A stretch of DNA of 64,000 bases from positions 2,852,001 through 2,916,000 of the forward strand of contig NW_026262581.1 of the NCBI RefSeq assembly GCF_021869535.1, in the 5' to 3' direction. Made by a program: the position numbers and the translations under genes. Shown piece after piece: positions 37,552 through 50,766 of this stretch; the stretch's first letter is position 1, and each line of letters starts with the position of its first letter. The notes under the pieces are model-generated. The model worked only from the letters and a program-made list of their open reading frames with translations. It did no database searches and was not told the DNA's origin. The stretch comes from Mytilus californianus. Lineage: Eukaryota.

Positions 37552-40500
37552 TATTAAATTATAAGCCGCGCCCTGGTATCTTTGTTGAAGTTTTTTTTAT
37601 GTCTCACTGTGATTTTGAATGAAGAGTTAACAGCAATAAAGACATACGGAAGACTATGTTACTTTGTCATTTATTCGCCACGTGCGTGTAGGCATTTTTG
37701 TCATGAAATAAAACATCACACCAATTCCCTTTTTTTAACCTCTTTAAAAGTAAAATGAAGAGGTTCGGAACATAACAACAATATTTTTATTCTTCTTCTT
37801 ACTATCCACAATCAACGTGTTGTATATTCTTGCTTATAGCGCATGATTGCAAACTGAGGAAAAGTATTTGGTGAGGGTTTGTCATGGCTGGAATCTCGTC
37901 AGTAGTTGTTGTGTGTCATTTCCTGTTTTTTGAAAATTGGGTGTTGATGGCTAAATTTTTAATGTTTCTGTTAAATTTATTCACAATTAATGTTTCTGTT
38001 AAATTTATTCACAACCGATTTATTACACTTTTCTAATGTTGAAAACTGCATGTCGACATCTTCATGTCTTTTGGTTGTTTTTGTCTTTTGGTTATTGTTT
38101 CATTGATGTATACTCCACATATCCTTGTATAACTCTTCTTACAACCTTTAGTGGCTGGTTAGTTTAAACATATTTATTTATAATGGATAGAGAAACAAGT
38201 TATTGAAACTTATATTATTCCCTTTCCACTTTGCGGGTGCGAGTGCTGCCTTGTAGCGGCATTAGCCTGCTCTTTTTCGAAATATAGTGAACCAAAAATT
38301 AAAATTTCCTGGCACTGATATATTTATGAGGGCCTGAACTCAATTTGCAAGTTTAGTGTTAATATATAGCAATTATGTTTCACTGTTTTTACAAATTACT
38401 AATTTGTTTCCTGCACTATTTACAACATTATTATCAATATTGTATATGGTATCTTCGAAGAAGTATCTTATTAAGTGGTTTATTCCTTTTGTTATTTATT
38501 TGTGAAGACTGTACTACAGCTTAGTCATTTTGATAGGTGTCTTATTTGTGTGTATTATTTTTCCTGATACAATGAACATTCGGATTTTATAGATTTCACC
38601 ATTCATGTACTACATGTAGTTTTAATGTTCATGTACTAGTTTTAATGTAATGCATAGTTCTATTACCATAGTATCCAAAATCAATAAAACACATCTAGAA
38701 TATTAATAATATTTATTTATTATATTTATCATAATTATATTCAACAGTTTATGCATACATGTAATAAATATAATAAATAATAAATAATGATAAATAAGCT
38801 TTATTTAGAGTCGGCAAAGTATACTTTTAACCGACATACAAGACATTTATAACAATACAACACATAATACACATGCAGTAAATTACACAGCACAAAATGA
38901 AGCACTAGAAGCATGGTTGTAATAAGCATGATAAGCTAGGTATTAAAGCTAAAAGCATATAAATATGAACAAAAAGTTTAAATACTGTAATTATAACATA
39001 ACATATAACATATATACAGACAGCAAGCACTATCAGTTCTAACAATTAATGTCACTTTGGTGGTGGTCCAAAAATACAAATTTTTTAAATCATCGTCAAT
39101 CAAACATACATGTTATGTATTGTAAATAGTACTTTATTTCATATCGTTAATATTAAAACAATAAAATATAGTTTTCAGGTATTGTGTTGTCTAAACAGAT
39201 GTAAGGATCAAACGAGAACACAAGCTGCAAACACAAGCTATACACTTTTGATCTCTATTGAGGAATTATCAGATTTATACATAAAATACTGATTAATGCA
39301 TAACTACAATTAATTATGATTTAATTAAATGATGTTTATTCAAACAACAACATATCTAACAATCAATTATGATTTAATTAAATGATGTTTATTCATACAT
39401 ACATAATCATTTAGGGTTTAATTAAATGATGATTATTTTTTTTGTAATGCAAATTTTACCTACGAATTATAATATTACTGCAACAATTCTTTATTTTTTC
39501 CTAATATATATTTTTAAAAACGAGGTGCCGAATTGTCTTGGTCCCGAAATGTTCGGATCCCGAAATGTCCAGAATGGATACCGAAATGTCTTCGGACTTG
39601 GGTGCCGATTTGTCCGGGTGCCGAAATGTCTTGTTACCTGCACACACTTGTTTCTATATAGTAACAAGTAATAGCTTTTCTAAAAAGCTTGCCGTATTTT
39701 AGCTGCTTATACATGTATTGAGATCGGTGGTTTGTGGGTATAGGTTTTTTTATTGGAATCTTGCACTCCAAGCATTAGAATATATAGTGTCTTTTTTCTC
39801 CTGGTTTTTTTATTTTAGTTGTAGTGTTAGTGAATCAGGGTTATCATTGAAGGAGGCTTGATAGTCACATATGATAATATATATATATGGTTTGTAATTG
39901 CTAGAGGAACGATACAAACACTTTTTTGTTTGTTTTGTGGAGTATGATTGTTTACTCTTTATGAAAATGCAAGTAGTTTTAACATGCATACTGTGTCTTG
40001 ACAGTTATGTAATAGTTAGCAAGGTTATAATCAAGTTAATAAGAAAAACGTATTATTTACTTTTGAGGATTACTGCTAGACAAAATGGACTACCAGTGGC
40101 AGATCTAGAAATTTTCATAAGAGGGGGCCCGCTCCAGTCATGCTTCAGTGATTCACTACATGTATATGATCAACCAAAGTTTTCCCAAGAAAGGGGGGGG
40201 TCCCTGAAAAACTCTCTAAATCCGCCTCTGACTACTATAGTTGGCCATTCGAATATGAGAATATTGCATCTTATATGTATAGAAGACAGTGGTCTCTTTA
40301 GCCCAAATTAGAAGGGCGCTGCACCCTGGGTGCCCTTAGCCACGCCCTGGGTGCCTTCAATTGCGCCCCTCCCTGACGCCTTTTTCCAAGGGGGGGGGGA
40401 TAGTAAGTTTATTTCGCTTCTTTTGGTTAATAGTGATCTGATGTATGAATGTGTATTGCCATGTTTTATGAACTTGTAGTATGAATGACTTTTCTAATGC

Positions 40501-41296
40501 AAATTTTATAGAATAAATAATCAAAACAACAACTTATGCATCTTTATTAACAACATATACAGTAAAAAAAAAAAAAGTGAAGTCGTGATACACACAGAAA
40601 TGTAGACAAAAGAAATGAGAAGTGCCTTTTCCTATCATAAAAAAGTGCCCTGCCCTTCACTGGCACCATGCACCTTTCTATTTCTAGCTGGAGCACTTCA
40701 AGTGATGAATATCTCATCTGGCTTTTGTCTTAGAAGAAGCAATTAGTTTTGAAGGTACAGGTTAAGTGTTGTTATTACTAATTTCCAGATGTAGTATAGC
40801 TGTAAGAAGATGTTTTGTGGTAATGGATTTGGAATGAAATATCAATTGCAAATAATTTTCTAGAACATATTGTCAGCTGGCTTCTTATATTTTTTATTAT
40901 TTTGTTGTGGTTTGTAATCTTGACATTTTTTTTGTAAGTTCTATAGATGAGAGCTTCATATTGGTATTATCATTTAGTGCTTTATATTTGGTTGCATGTG
41001 TAAGCATATGCTTTTGTTAGTTGGAATATTTATATTTTCATTTCTGATTGCAACAAGTTCATGTAATACATATAGTCAGGATTATTAGTAAGCGATAGTT
41101 GTTTAGTTTGTTTATGTTTATTGTCATGATTGATATGGACTATATAACTTGCTGTTTGGTGTGAACCAAGGCTTCATGTTGAAGACTGTACTTCAACCTA
41201 TAATGGTTTACTTTTACAAATTATGACTTGGATGGAGAGATGTCTTTGGTACTGATATGACATTCTGTTATATCTATCGACAAGATTGAGAACACA

Positions 41297-42505
41297 TTTT
41301 TGTCGAGCCTGCGACTTTTGTCGCAGAAAGCTCGACATAGGGATAGTGATCCGGCGGCGGCAGCGGTGTTAGCTAACTTCTTAAAAGCTTTATATTTTAG
41401 AAGCTAGAAGACCTGGATGCTTCATACTTTGTATATAGATGCCTTATGTTACGAAGTTTCCATCTGTCATATGTCTATTGTCCTTGACCTCATTTCATGG
41501 TTCAGTGACTACTTGAAAAAAGTCAACATTTTTTGTAATGTTAATTTCTTTCTTATTATGAGTAATAGGATAACTATATTTGATATGTGCGTACCTTGCA
41601 AGGTCCTCATGCCCGTCAGACAATTTTCATTTGACCTCGACCTCATTTCATGGATCAGTGAACAAGGTTGAGTTTTCGTGGTCAAGTCCATATATCAGAT
41701 ACTATAAGCAGTAGGTCTACTATATTTGGTATATGGAATGATTGTAAGGTGTACATGTCCAACTGGTAGGTGTCATCTGATCTTGACCTCATTTTCATGG
41801 TTCAGTGGTCAAAGTTAAGTTTTTGAGTTTTGGTCTTTTTTTCTAATACTATATGCAATAGGTCAACTATAAATGGTGTATGGAAATATTTTATGATGTA
41901 CATGTCAGTCTCACAGGTTTTATTTGACCTTGACCTCATTTTCACGGTTCATTTCTCAGTGTTAAGTTTTTGTGTTTTGGTCTGTTTTTCTTCAACTATA
42001 AGCAATAGATCAACTATATTTGATGTATGGAAGGATTGTAAGGTGTATATGTCTGTCTGGCAGGTATCATCTGACCTTGACCTCATTTTCATGGTTCATT
42101 GGTCAATGTGAAGTTTTCATGGTTAAGTTTGTTTCTTAGATACTATAAGCAATACAAAGTAGGTCAACTATATTTAATGCCTAAATTGATTGTAAGGTGT
42201 ACATGTCTGTCTGGCATGGTTCATCTGACCTTGACCTCATTTTCATGGTTCATTGGTCAATGTTAAGTTTTCTTGTTTAAGACTGTTTCTAAGAAACAAT
42301 AAGCAATAGGTCAACTATGTTTGGTTTATTGAATGATTGTAAGGTGTACATGTATTTCTGGTTTGGTTTATCTGACCTTGACCTCATTTTCTTGGATCAT
42401 GTTAAGTTTATGTGTTACTTGTAGTAAAGCTTTGTATTTAGGACTATCAACATAAAATCAATGGTTAGTAAAGAAGGCGAGACATTTCAGCGTGTGCACT
42501 CTTGT
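41297..42505 (+). mobile_element. Helentron/HINE-like element with ~148-bp internal tandem array (~7 units)
   Basis: 5' TGTCGAGC...GCTCGACA inverted repeat with a CTGCGAC/GTCGCAG hairpin, then a (GGC)n tract. TGACCTTGACCTCATTTTCATGG recurs every ~145-156 bp. 3' end is GGCGAGACA + hairpin + T tract. Confidence 0.8.
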
Positions 42506-44752
42506 TTTGTAATAAAACTATGATATCATATTTAACAATTTATCGGTAATTTGTGCATTTTCCTTTGATGTGTACTCTCTGATAATGTCAGTATCAGTTG
42601 ACTGGTCGTGATATATAAATTATTGGGTCAGTTCGCAATTGACATGCTCAGGTGCACTGTGTCAGGATCTTCTTTCCCCTTTCATTGACAAAATCATGCA
42701 TGATTTTTTTTTTGCAGAATCGCAAGAGTGTTTTGGTGAATGAAACACTTCTCATATTGTTTGAAAGTTTCAGTAAAGTTAGTTTTGCCTTTTTGACAGA
42801 TTGTGTGAAAATTCGAACAAAATATGAATAAAAAACCCAATAAACTTTTAAAAAATGCACTATTATAGCTTTCCTTGCTTATTCACAATGATGTACAAAA
42901 TGTATAAATATATCATCCATGCTATTCCGATCTGAGTTTTTATTCATACATAGTCTGGTGCTGTTCCAAGTAGTCTTCTTTTTCTGTTTCTTGAGAAGTA
43001 TTTGTTTTACCTGTTCAGTCACTTTAAAGTGTTACAATTAATATTTAGACGCAACACAGAATAGTGACCAAAAAGGTACTGCTATCATATGAGAGGAGCT
43101 AGAAAAAAAATGAAATGTACACATTTTCAACATTTTTGTGGGACCATAAAGATGTGGTTTCATTGTCAATATATAGACAGATATTCATAGACCAAATAAC
43201 AAATAAGCAACAAATTCAAAAGTAGATGTAGGATGAATATAGAAAGAAGGGGTACCCTGGGGCCCCAAACTTGACAAGGTTTGGTTTGGAACAAGTAATA
43301 TGTCTGCATTAACATTAAATGTAGGTTTTAAAAGGGGGACCCAGATCGCCTTTCCCTAAATCCTTTTCTGAAATTAAAGCTAGGTAACCGCATATTTTTT
43401 GGCGCGGTTGAAAATAAATGAACATGACTTTGAAAGAGCAAGAATATTAAGCTACAAGAAATAGACCAAATTTGGATGACATCTATTAAAATGTTTGAAA
43501 TAATTATGAAGTTGACAAGAAATGAACTTGTTCAGATAATATACAGTCAGCCTACAGACTTGTTGCTTCCTGAAATGTCTGCTTACACAGTGCTTTCCTA
43601 AAATGATTTGTAATGTGATCCTTTTCATGATGAATGCTGAGCAAACATAGATTATGCCGTTTTCTCGTTTGAATTGTTTTACATTGTTATTTCGGGGCCT
43701 TTTATAGCTGACTATGCAGTATGGGCTTTGCTCATTGTTGAAGACCATAAGGTGACCTATAGTTGTTTATTTCTGTGTCATTTTGGTTTTTTTTGGAGAG
43801 TTGTCTCATTGGCAATCATACCACATCTTCTTTTTTTATATTATTATGACAAGATAAATGTTATGTTATCCGCCCAACTAAGTAAAATATATAACTTCTC
43901 ATTGAACTTCTAAAACAACGATAAATCTGCTGATTCATATCGTATCATTCAATGCTGTCAGATGCTATGTGAAAAATAAAGAAATTTACCTTAATGTATG
44001 CTTCCATTATATTCGGCATTGTTATTCAGTTATGTCCAAAGCAGAGCTTATGAAAGGCACGCAATAATTTATTTTCAATAGATGCATTTGAAAAATTTAT
44101 TCTCGGCACTAGTAAAGCGACGTCTATGTTCATGATGTCATGTGATCATCTATACATATAAGAATATTTCATTAGAGTTGATTTATTAAAGATTGCTTTG
44201 AATCCAACTTATTGCTATTTGTCTGCAATTACTGGCCATCACAAAGGTTCACGTAAAATTTTGACGTCATAATACAAAATATCTGACTCCACAATGGAAG
44301 AGTGATTGTTGTATGATGTCAATGGTTGAAGCGGGACAGATTCTCAGATCAGCTGGGACAGAATTCCATAAAGCGATTAGGTGTATGGTTATTATATATG
44401 GGTACTATGTTCAGGAGGATTAATTCTAATATATATATACGTAAAATACCTGTTCTGTTTTGGATTAACATCCTGGATCTGGTTTTCCTTATCAACCACC
44501 ATCATTGTTAACGCATCCAAGTCATAAACTAGAGCCTTTACATAGTCAGTTCGATCTGCCAATATCACATATTACAAATACTTATACAAATACAGCCAAT
44601 AGATTAAACTCAGCACCATTGTATATTGATGATTATACATATAGTATCAGCTCATTCAGATTTGAAAATGTTAGCAAAATAGCAGCACCATCTGAAAATG
44701 GGTAACCTTTATTATCTCGAGCATATGAATCAAAGCAAATAGTAATTATCAT

Positions 44753-47700
44753 GGGTCCCGGTAAAGTGAGAAACGGAACATAAAACGAAACAGAGCGAAA
44801 CGAAACGAAACGAAACATGGCGAAACAAAACGAAACATGTAATTTGAGAAACGAAACACAATGAAACGGAACAAATTCTGTATTTTAAGGAACGACCCAT
44901 AGAAAATCTTCCTAAGATCAATGCGGGTTTAGAAGGCCCTTTTGATCGAAAACATCTCACTGTTTGCTTAAAGATCGTCAATATGGACAATGAAGCTCCT
45001 TTTCTTAAAGCCTGGATCTGTCTCTTGATTTGTTTTTTACAGAAGATCTGATTTAATCTCGAAGACACATTACATAATGGGCTTAATTTCACTAATTGCT
45101 GAACTACGAAAAGAACGCATTACTTACGCTTTATATTTGTCTTTTTTTATAGTCCCACACATTGTTATCGTTAATAATATTATGAACTATTAGTACGTAT
45201 AACTTTTCAATCGATCACATCTGTTAATATCTTATGCATGTCTTATCTGCTTTGCAACAAAATAAAAGAAGGAGAATGTCATGGCATAAACTGCCATAAT
45301 AAAAAAATCTCTTCAACTTAAAAAAAGTATAAACCAAAAAAAAAACAAGTATATGTATCCGTAGGACAGTATGACTCGCTTAAAATATCAAATTTTCATG
45401 CTCATTGAATTCCTAATTTGGCAAATATTTCAAAAAGACCATTTTATAATGAACATGTGTATAGTTTCAAGTTGACGTGAACACAACTCCATTGTAATTG
45501 AATCTACGATAACAAACAACATAAACCTAGTATTGGACGGACGGACTGACGGCAGCACATATCAGAAAATATTATGCCCCACTACCGTAGTGGCATCATA
45601 ATCCTAATCTCTAAGGAACAAATGGCCAATTTTGTTTCAGGCGTTTATTCAGACGATCCACAGTAACGGCCATTCTAATTACAATGTTTCCTGATTGTTG
45701 CACGTGACAAGAAGCCTTAATTTTAGAACAGACTCTAGCAGAGCTGACGCACCTAAGTCTCGCATTAAACAAAAAAGTGTATTAATTGCAACTAATGCAC
45801 GATGATACCCATGTAAATGGTGGGTTATTTTTTCTAAGTTGAATGGAATATTCGGTGTTGGTAACGAAGAAGACCAAGATCCGGCTTTGCAATTGTAGTA
45901 GCCTAAAAAAATACCAAAGGACGCACTGAATCTGACCAGAAAACAGATGGAGTTATAATAACTGATGGATGAATAGTATTCCATGTTTGATTTAAACAGC
46001 CATTAACAATAAGAAAACGACGAATGACATAAATGTTAATATTCTTAATGCTGAATATCAATATGTATCATTTTTCTTCTTAATGTTATATGCTGCTGTT
46101 TCGTCATTAAAGAAACGGTTGATATGGTGCTTTTTGTCCGCAATTTGCTTTTTTTATATAGAATGTCATGTTGCTATTCGACTCAGGATGGGTTTGTCTG
46201 AGAGCTTGACATAATGAATAAACGCTTGTCTATTGTTGACTATAAACTCTAGATGCCTTTCGAGGGTTTGTGTTGATGTGTTGCTGTCTCATTGACTTTC
46301 ACCTAACATTAAAAAATATAAAGATTGAGTGTGTATATTTTGGTCTGTTTATTTTAATTTTAGAGAAGGCAATATTCAAACTTGACCGTTTACTGTTGCA
46401 GTGTTTTTGTCCAATCAGAAGAATATATTAACATCTATCGGCAGTTCATACATTACTCTTATTCCGTTATATTTTTGAGATGATAGTAATGTTCAATAAA
46501 GGAAGTTGAATGGGTATAAAATGATACTACTAAATTGATGAAATAACTATATATTGTAACAATCTTGTGTACTTTCAAATGACTTGGACTCCCTTCGTCA
46601 GGCCAAACTGTTGTGTGCCAAGGCTTTTCCTCTTACACTCACAATCGTCTTCAGTGATAATGTTTACATGTTTGATTCGTCAAACAAGGAAAACAATGTA
46701 CATTTACACATCTTTTTACTACATGAAGTTTATAATGAATTTACATCAAATTAATTATCATGGAACCAAACAAAATATTGCAACAAAATAAAAAAAAATC
46801 ACACAAACAACTCTTTTGTTCATATTAATAGTCACATAAAAATGGGAAACAGTTTAAAGCTTTACCCCATGTGATGTCAGTTTAACTAATAAAGTGTCCG
46901 GTATGATATCTTTGCATTCATTAGCGATGACAATATCTGTAAGCGTGAAGTCTGGAAACTTGTTTGTTACGCATGGTTTCTTGAGGTGAAAATATGCGAA
47001 CTGCCATTTTTTCTTCATTTCACCTGATACTTTGTATTCGCGCTGACAATACACCCTTATGATCATTCTGTTGTTATCTTCGTCTCGTTCAAACTTTCGT
47101 GAACAGCCAGTATTTCAAACTTTGTTTTTTCAACTTCCTCAAATTTTTCCAAATCATCAACAACTGCTGCTAATGATTTGGTATCTACAACCAAAGGAGT
47201 TCGTTGAACAGATGGTTCCTCTCTGACTGATGTTGCTGGTACTGGGGCTCTTCCGCCGCGTCTTGGCTTAGAAATCTTCTTCTTTCCACCTCTAGTCTCT
47301 CCAAAAATTATATCAGATAATGCATTGGCCACTATGTCCTTGCTTCGCCATGCAATATACTTAGCTAAAACGCCCAAAAAGTCGGCTCCAGCCACGGCAT
47401 ATGAACAGATTTTCACGTTGTTGTATACAGGACAGTAATTACAAACGACTCGACCCTTACTAGTAGTAGTAACTAAATGAGGCTTACCAAATGAGTCGAG
47501 TGAATGTCTTTGATCTATTATTGTCGGCGGAGATAAAGCCAAAAAACATCGGATCTCACGCTTCAATATTCTTTGATGGGTTGTAATTAATTTTGGAGAG
47601 AAGTAACCTTTTGGAACATCAAAAACATTACATGCAATTATTTAATTTACAAAATATATAAATATTACTCAAATTCATAGACGAAAATGAAAAAAAAAAA

Positions 47701-47884
47701 TTCCGTTCCTTAAAATACAGAATTTGTTCCGTTTCGTTGTGTTTCGTTTCTGAAATTACATGTTTCGTTTCGTTTCGCTTCGTTTCGCCATGTTTCGTTT
47801 CATTTTGCTCTGTTTCGTTTCGTTTTGCTCTGTTTCGTTTCGTTCTGTTTCGTTTCTGTTACGTTTCTCACTTTACCAGGACCC
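44753..47884 (-). mobile_element. Mutator/Foldback-like DNA transposon, 3132 bp, internally repetitive TIRs, 9-bp TSD
   Basis: Left TIR 44753-44894 and right TIR 47704-47884 are inverted copies built of (CGAAA)n units, with GGGTCC termini. AATTATCAT is duplicated at 44744-44752 and 47885-47893. Confidence 0.92.
46854..47641 (-). pseudogene. C-terminal MULE transposase relic with SWIM zinc finger
   Basis: HLVTTTSKGRVVCNYCPVYNNVKICSYAVA is a SWIM CxxC-x-CxH pattern with H changed to Y. A frameshift near 47100 leads into GCSRKF...IIRVYCQREY...AYFHLKKPCV..KFPDF. No DDE core, so the element is internally deleted. Confidence 0.7.
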
Positions 47885-50302
47885 AATTATCATCACGACG
47901 AAATATACTTATTAACTTATTGTAAGACCTGACACATTGTAATGTGAACAAATTAGAATTGGATGTATCTATATCAAATGCAGTTATCAGTGCTGTTCAG
48001 TGTTGATATATCAATTAACAATGACTGCTGAGCGCCACTGTGTACAGATTTCATAAAGGGGGGCCTATATAATCAACCAAGGGGAGGGGCGGCCCCCAGC
48101 CCCCCTTTTGGATCCGCCTGGGGTGTACAACGACTCCAAAGAATAAATCATCATGTACGAGTACATTAAACTGTCTACCCCACATTCGAACATCATTTGG
48201 GACCTCGCTGTGTTGCAAGTATCTTGGGTTTTCAGGCATATTAATTCAAATTGCTCATTGCTGCCTTTTTTAATTTCATCTATCTATAGTCGTAGACGTC
48301 CAGCTAGAGGGGTCAAACAAACTATAGTGCACTGAAACCCTTGCCCATAACTAAACCGTGATGCTTGGTGTTTGCTTCCTTGCACACACGCAACCATGTT
48401 ACTCACCTTGTTTGTTTTCTATTCTTCTAATCAGCTGTTTATCGGCAATTGTCTGTTTTGTTTACATCAGAAATCAATGAAGCGGTGAATGCGCGGGGAA
48501 ACGAAAGGACATCTTCGTATCAATACGGTAAATTCCGTGATTTGAATATTTTCTAATCAATATGTTAAGGCAAAGAAAAATAGTAGGATAACATTTTTAA
48601 TCATAGAGCACACGTTTTGTGTATTTACTTTTTAAAATTATAGTTTATGAAGAAATATAGCAAAATATGTTTCAATACGCACTATAAAGTGAAGATTAGA
48701 TGTATTATTGTTTCGTTTTTGAAAGAACATTATTATCCATAAATACACACCTTTGTACCAAAATTGCAACACAATTTCAAGATAACATAAATTTCATCAT
48801 CACAGAATGATATTATTTGCTCAAATTGACAGGGCTTCGTGAACTAAATTTGGCTTAAATTATGATAGCAATTGAACACTTCATTATAGTTCCTACCGAT
48901 GACCTACTATCATGATTTTTATCCGACCCCAGTTACGGACGCGTTGACATATAATGCATACAACTCAATAATAGCCAATCAGACGTTAAGATATCCTTCA
49001 CTTCCCCCAGAAGCAGCCCGGAAGCAGCTGAGATGCAGCCATTTTATGTTATTTATAACCAATGAGATACCGTTAACAGATTTACCACATTCCAGACGTC
49101 CAGCCTCTGACTAATCAGACCGTATCACCATGGTGATACGGTAATTAAGAGTTTAATGAACTCGGTTAAACAAAACAAAATTGTTTGTGTGTTACGACTT
49201 CTTTTTTTACAGATTATAATAATTGTGGAGCTTAAAAGATATAATGAATATCTTTAATTAAAAACAAATAGCCACAAACATTTTTTTTTGTAAATGCAAA
49301 TAGTACTCAGTTTGGATACTGAAGATAAATATCGATGGACTCCTTTGAAAAATATTCCTCATAAAGCTGTTAAAAGAATTGATTTTCATTACCATCCCCG
49401 GGAACAATATTTTGAATAAAATAAAATGAAAATGTGTATTGAAACAACCATATTGTGATTTGGTAGCAATATGGGGCGAGTATCAGTGAGGCGAGTTGTC
49501 CTACTTACAGAGTGTTCTCTAGGAGGTCCGCGTTATTGTTGTCAAAGTTATTGGAGTGTTTTTAGCAGTGCAAATTCAAGCGCTGAAATGTAACCGATCT
49601 GGTTTGTTTTCCTAATCGACCGACACAACTTGGACCAATCTGAGACTACTATAACACAGTCTCAGGACCAATATAATGTATTAGTCACAGGACACAAGTA
49701 TGAAAATTGTACTGAGATCGCTAAACAATCGAAACAGTTGATAATCTGACTTAGCTTACAGAGGTATGTATATGACATGTCATAACAACGAATAGAGTAA
49801 TTTTCATCCACATGCCATATCATAAAGATTATCATTACTGTTTCTTTACTTATATGTCTATATGTAACATGCCCTTTATGGGCCGATGATTAGTTTATTG
49901 AATTATTCATGTATTCGTAAAAAGGCCATACTGACATGACTGAGGTGCCAGTATAGATAATTATGAAATCCTGAAAGGCTTATTATTCACGTAGGAAGGC
50001 GTCACAGCAAAAAAGTATAATAGCCTTTCATACATGTAGCCTTTCAAGACTTTATGCACAAGTTTTCTTAAGATCATGTATTTGTAATTTGAACATTCAT
50101 GAACATGATGTATGGCATATAAATAAGATTTACTTACTTACTAGGCTGCCTCCATTTGCTATTGTCAGTGCCACAGGTTATCATAAAATATGCACCAAAA
50201 ATCAGTTGAATTACATCACAGAAACCTATATTGGTGTACAATATATTGCTTTATATTCAGGTGTTACATGCTAAAGTTTGTGGTTGTAAATTATCATTTA
50301 TA

Positions 50303-50766
50303 TGTAACTGGAGAGCATGAATTTCATTACAAAATTGCTTGTCTCCACCGGGACTCGAACCCGGGACCTCTGTGTTGTAAGGAGGCGTGTATACTGACTG
50401 AGCTAAAGAAGTACTTCCTTAGCTCAACTGCTTACGGCTGACTAGTATCTACCACATTTACTAAGGGAAGAAATCCCGTTACACTTCCCCCACCTCAAGA
50501 GTCATCATACCATTATGACTCTCACACACATACCCTAGCTAGAATTCCTCTCTAACCACCATGGGTTTTTTAGTTGGGTGCCAAATGTAACCGGAGAGCA
50601 TGAACTTCATTACAAAATTGCTTGTCTCCACCGGGACTGGAACCCTGGACCTCTGTGTTACAAGGCAGCTCGTATACCAACTGAGCTAAAACAGTACTTC
50701 CTTAGCTCAACCGCTTACGGCTGACTAGTATCTACCACATTTACTAAGGGAAGCAATCCCGTCACA
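50303..50766 (-). mobile_element. TRIM (miniature LTR retrotransposon) with tRNA-derived Pol III boxes in both LTRs
   Basis: Two 181-bp direct repeats (50303-50483, 50586-50766) with TGT..ACA ends. On -, PBS TGGCACCCAAC lies 2 nt after the 5' LTR and PPT GAGGTGGGGGAAG abuts the 3' LTR. Internal region 102 bp. TATA TSD at 50299-50302 and 50767-50770. Confidence 0.88.

Noticed and set aside
44896-45051. + strand peptide ...LTVCLKIVNMDNEAPFLKAWI resembling a GT92/GT2 NEAPYL.EWI motif
   Set aside because: It is short, has no start or splice support, and overlaps an equally open - strand frame. Probably coincidence unless HHpred says otherwise.
44633-47925. ORFs 44633..44818 and 47737..47925 (FRFVSF repeats)
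   Set aside because: These are translations of the (CGAAA)n TIR modules.
50340-50700. Two tRNA genes (Thr/Val-like) on the - strand
   Set aside because: A/B boxes and parts of the D and T arms are present, but the acceptor stem does not pair and the anticodon arm is broken. They lie inside LTRs, so they are tRNA-derived promoters rather than tRNAs.
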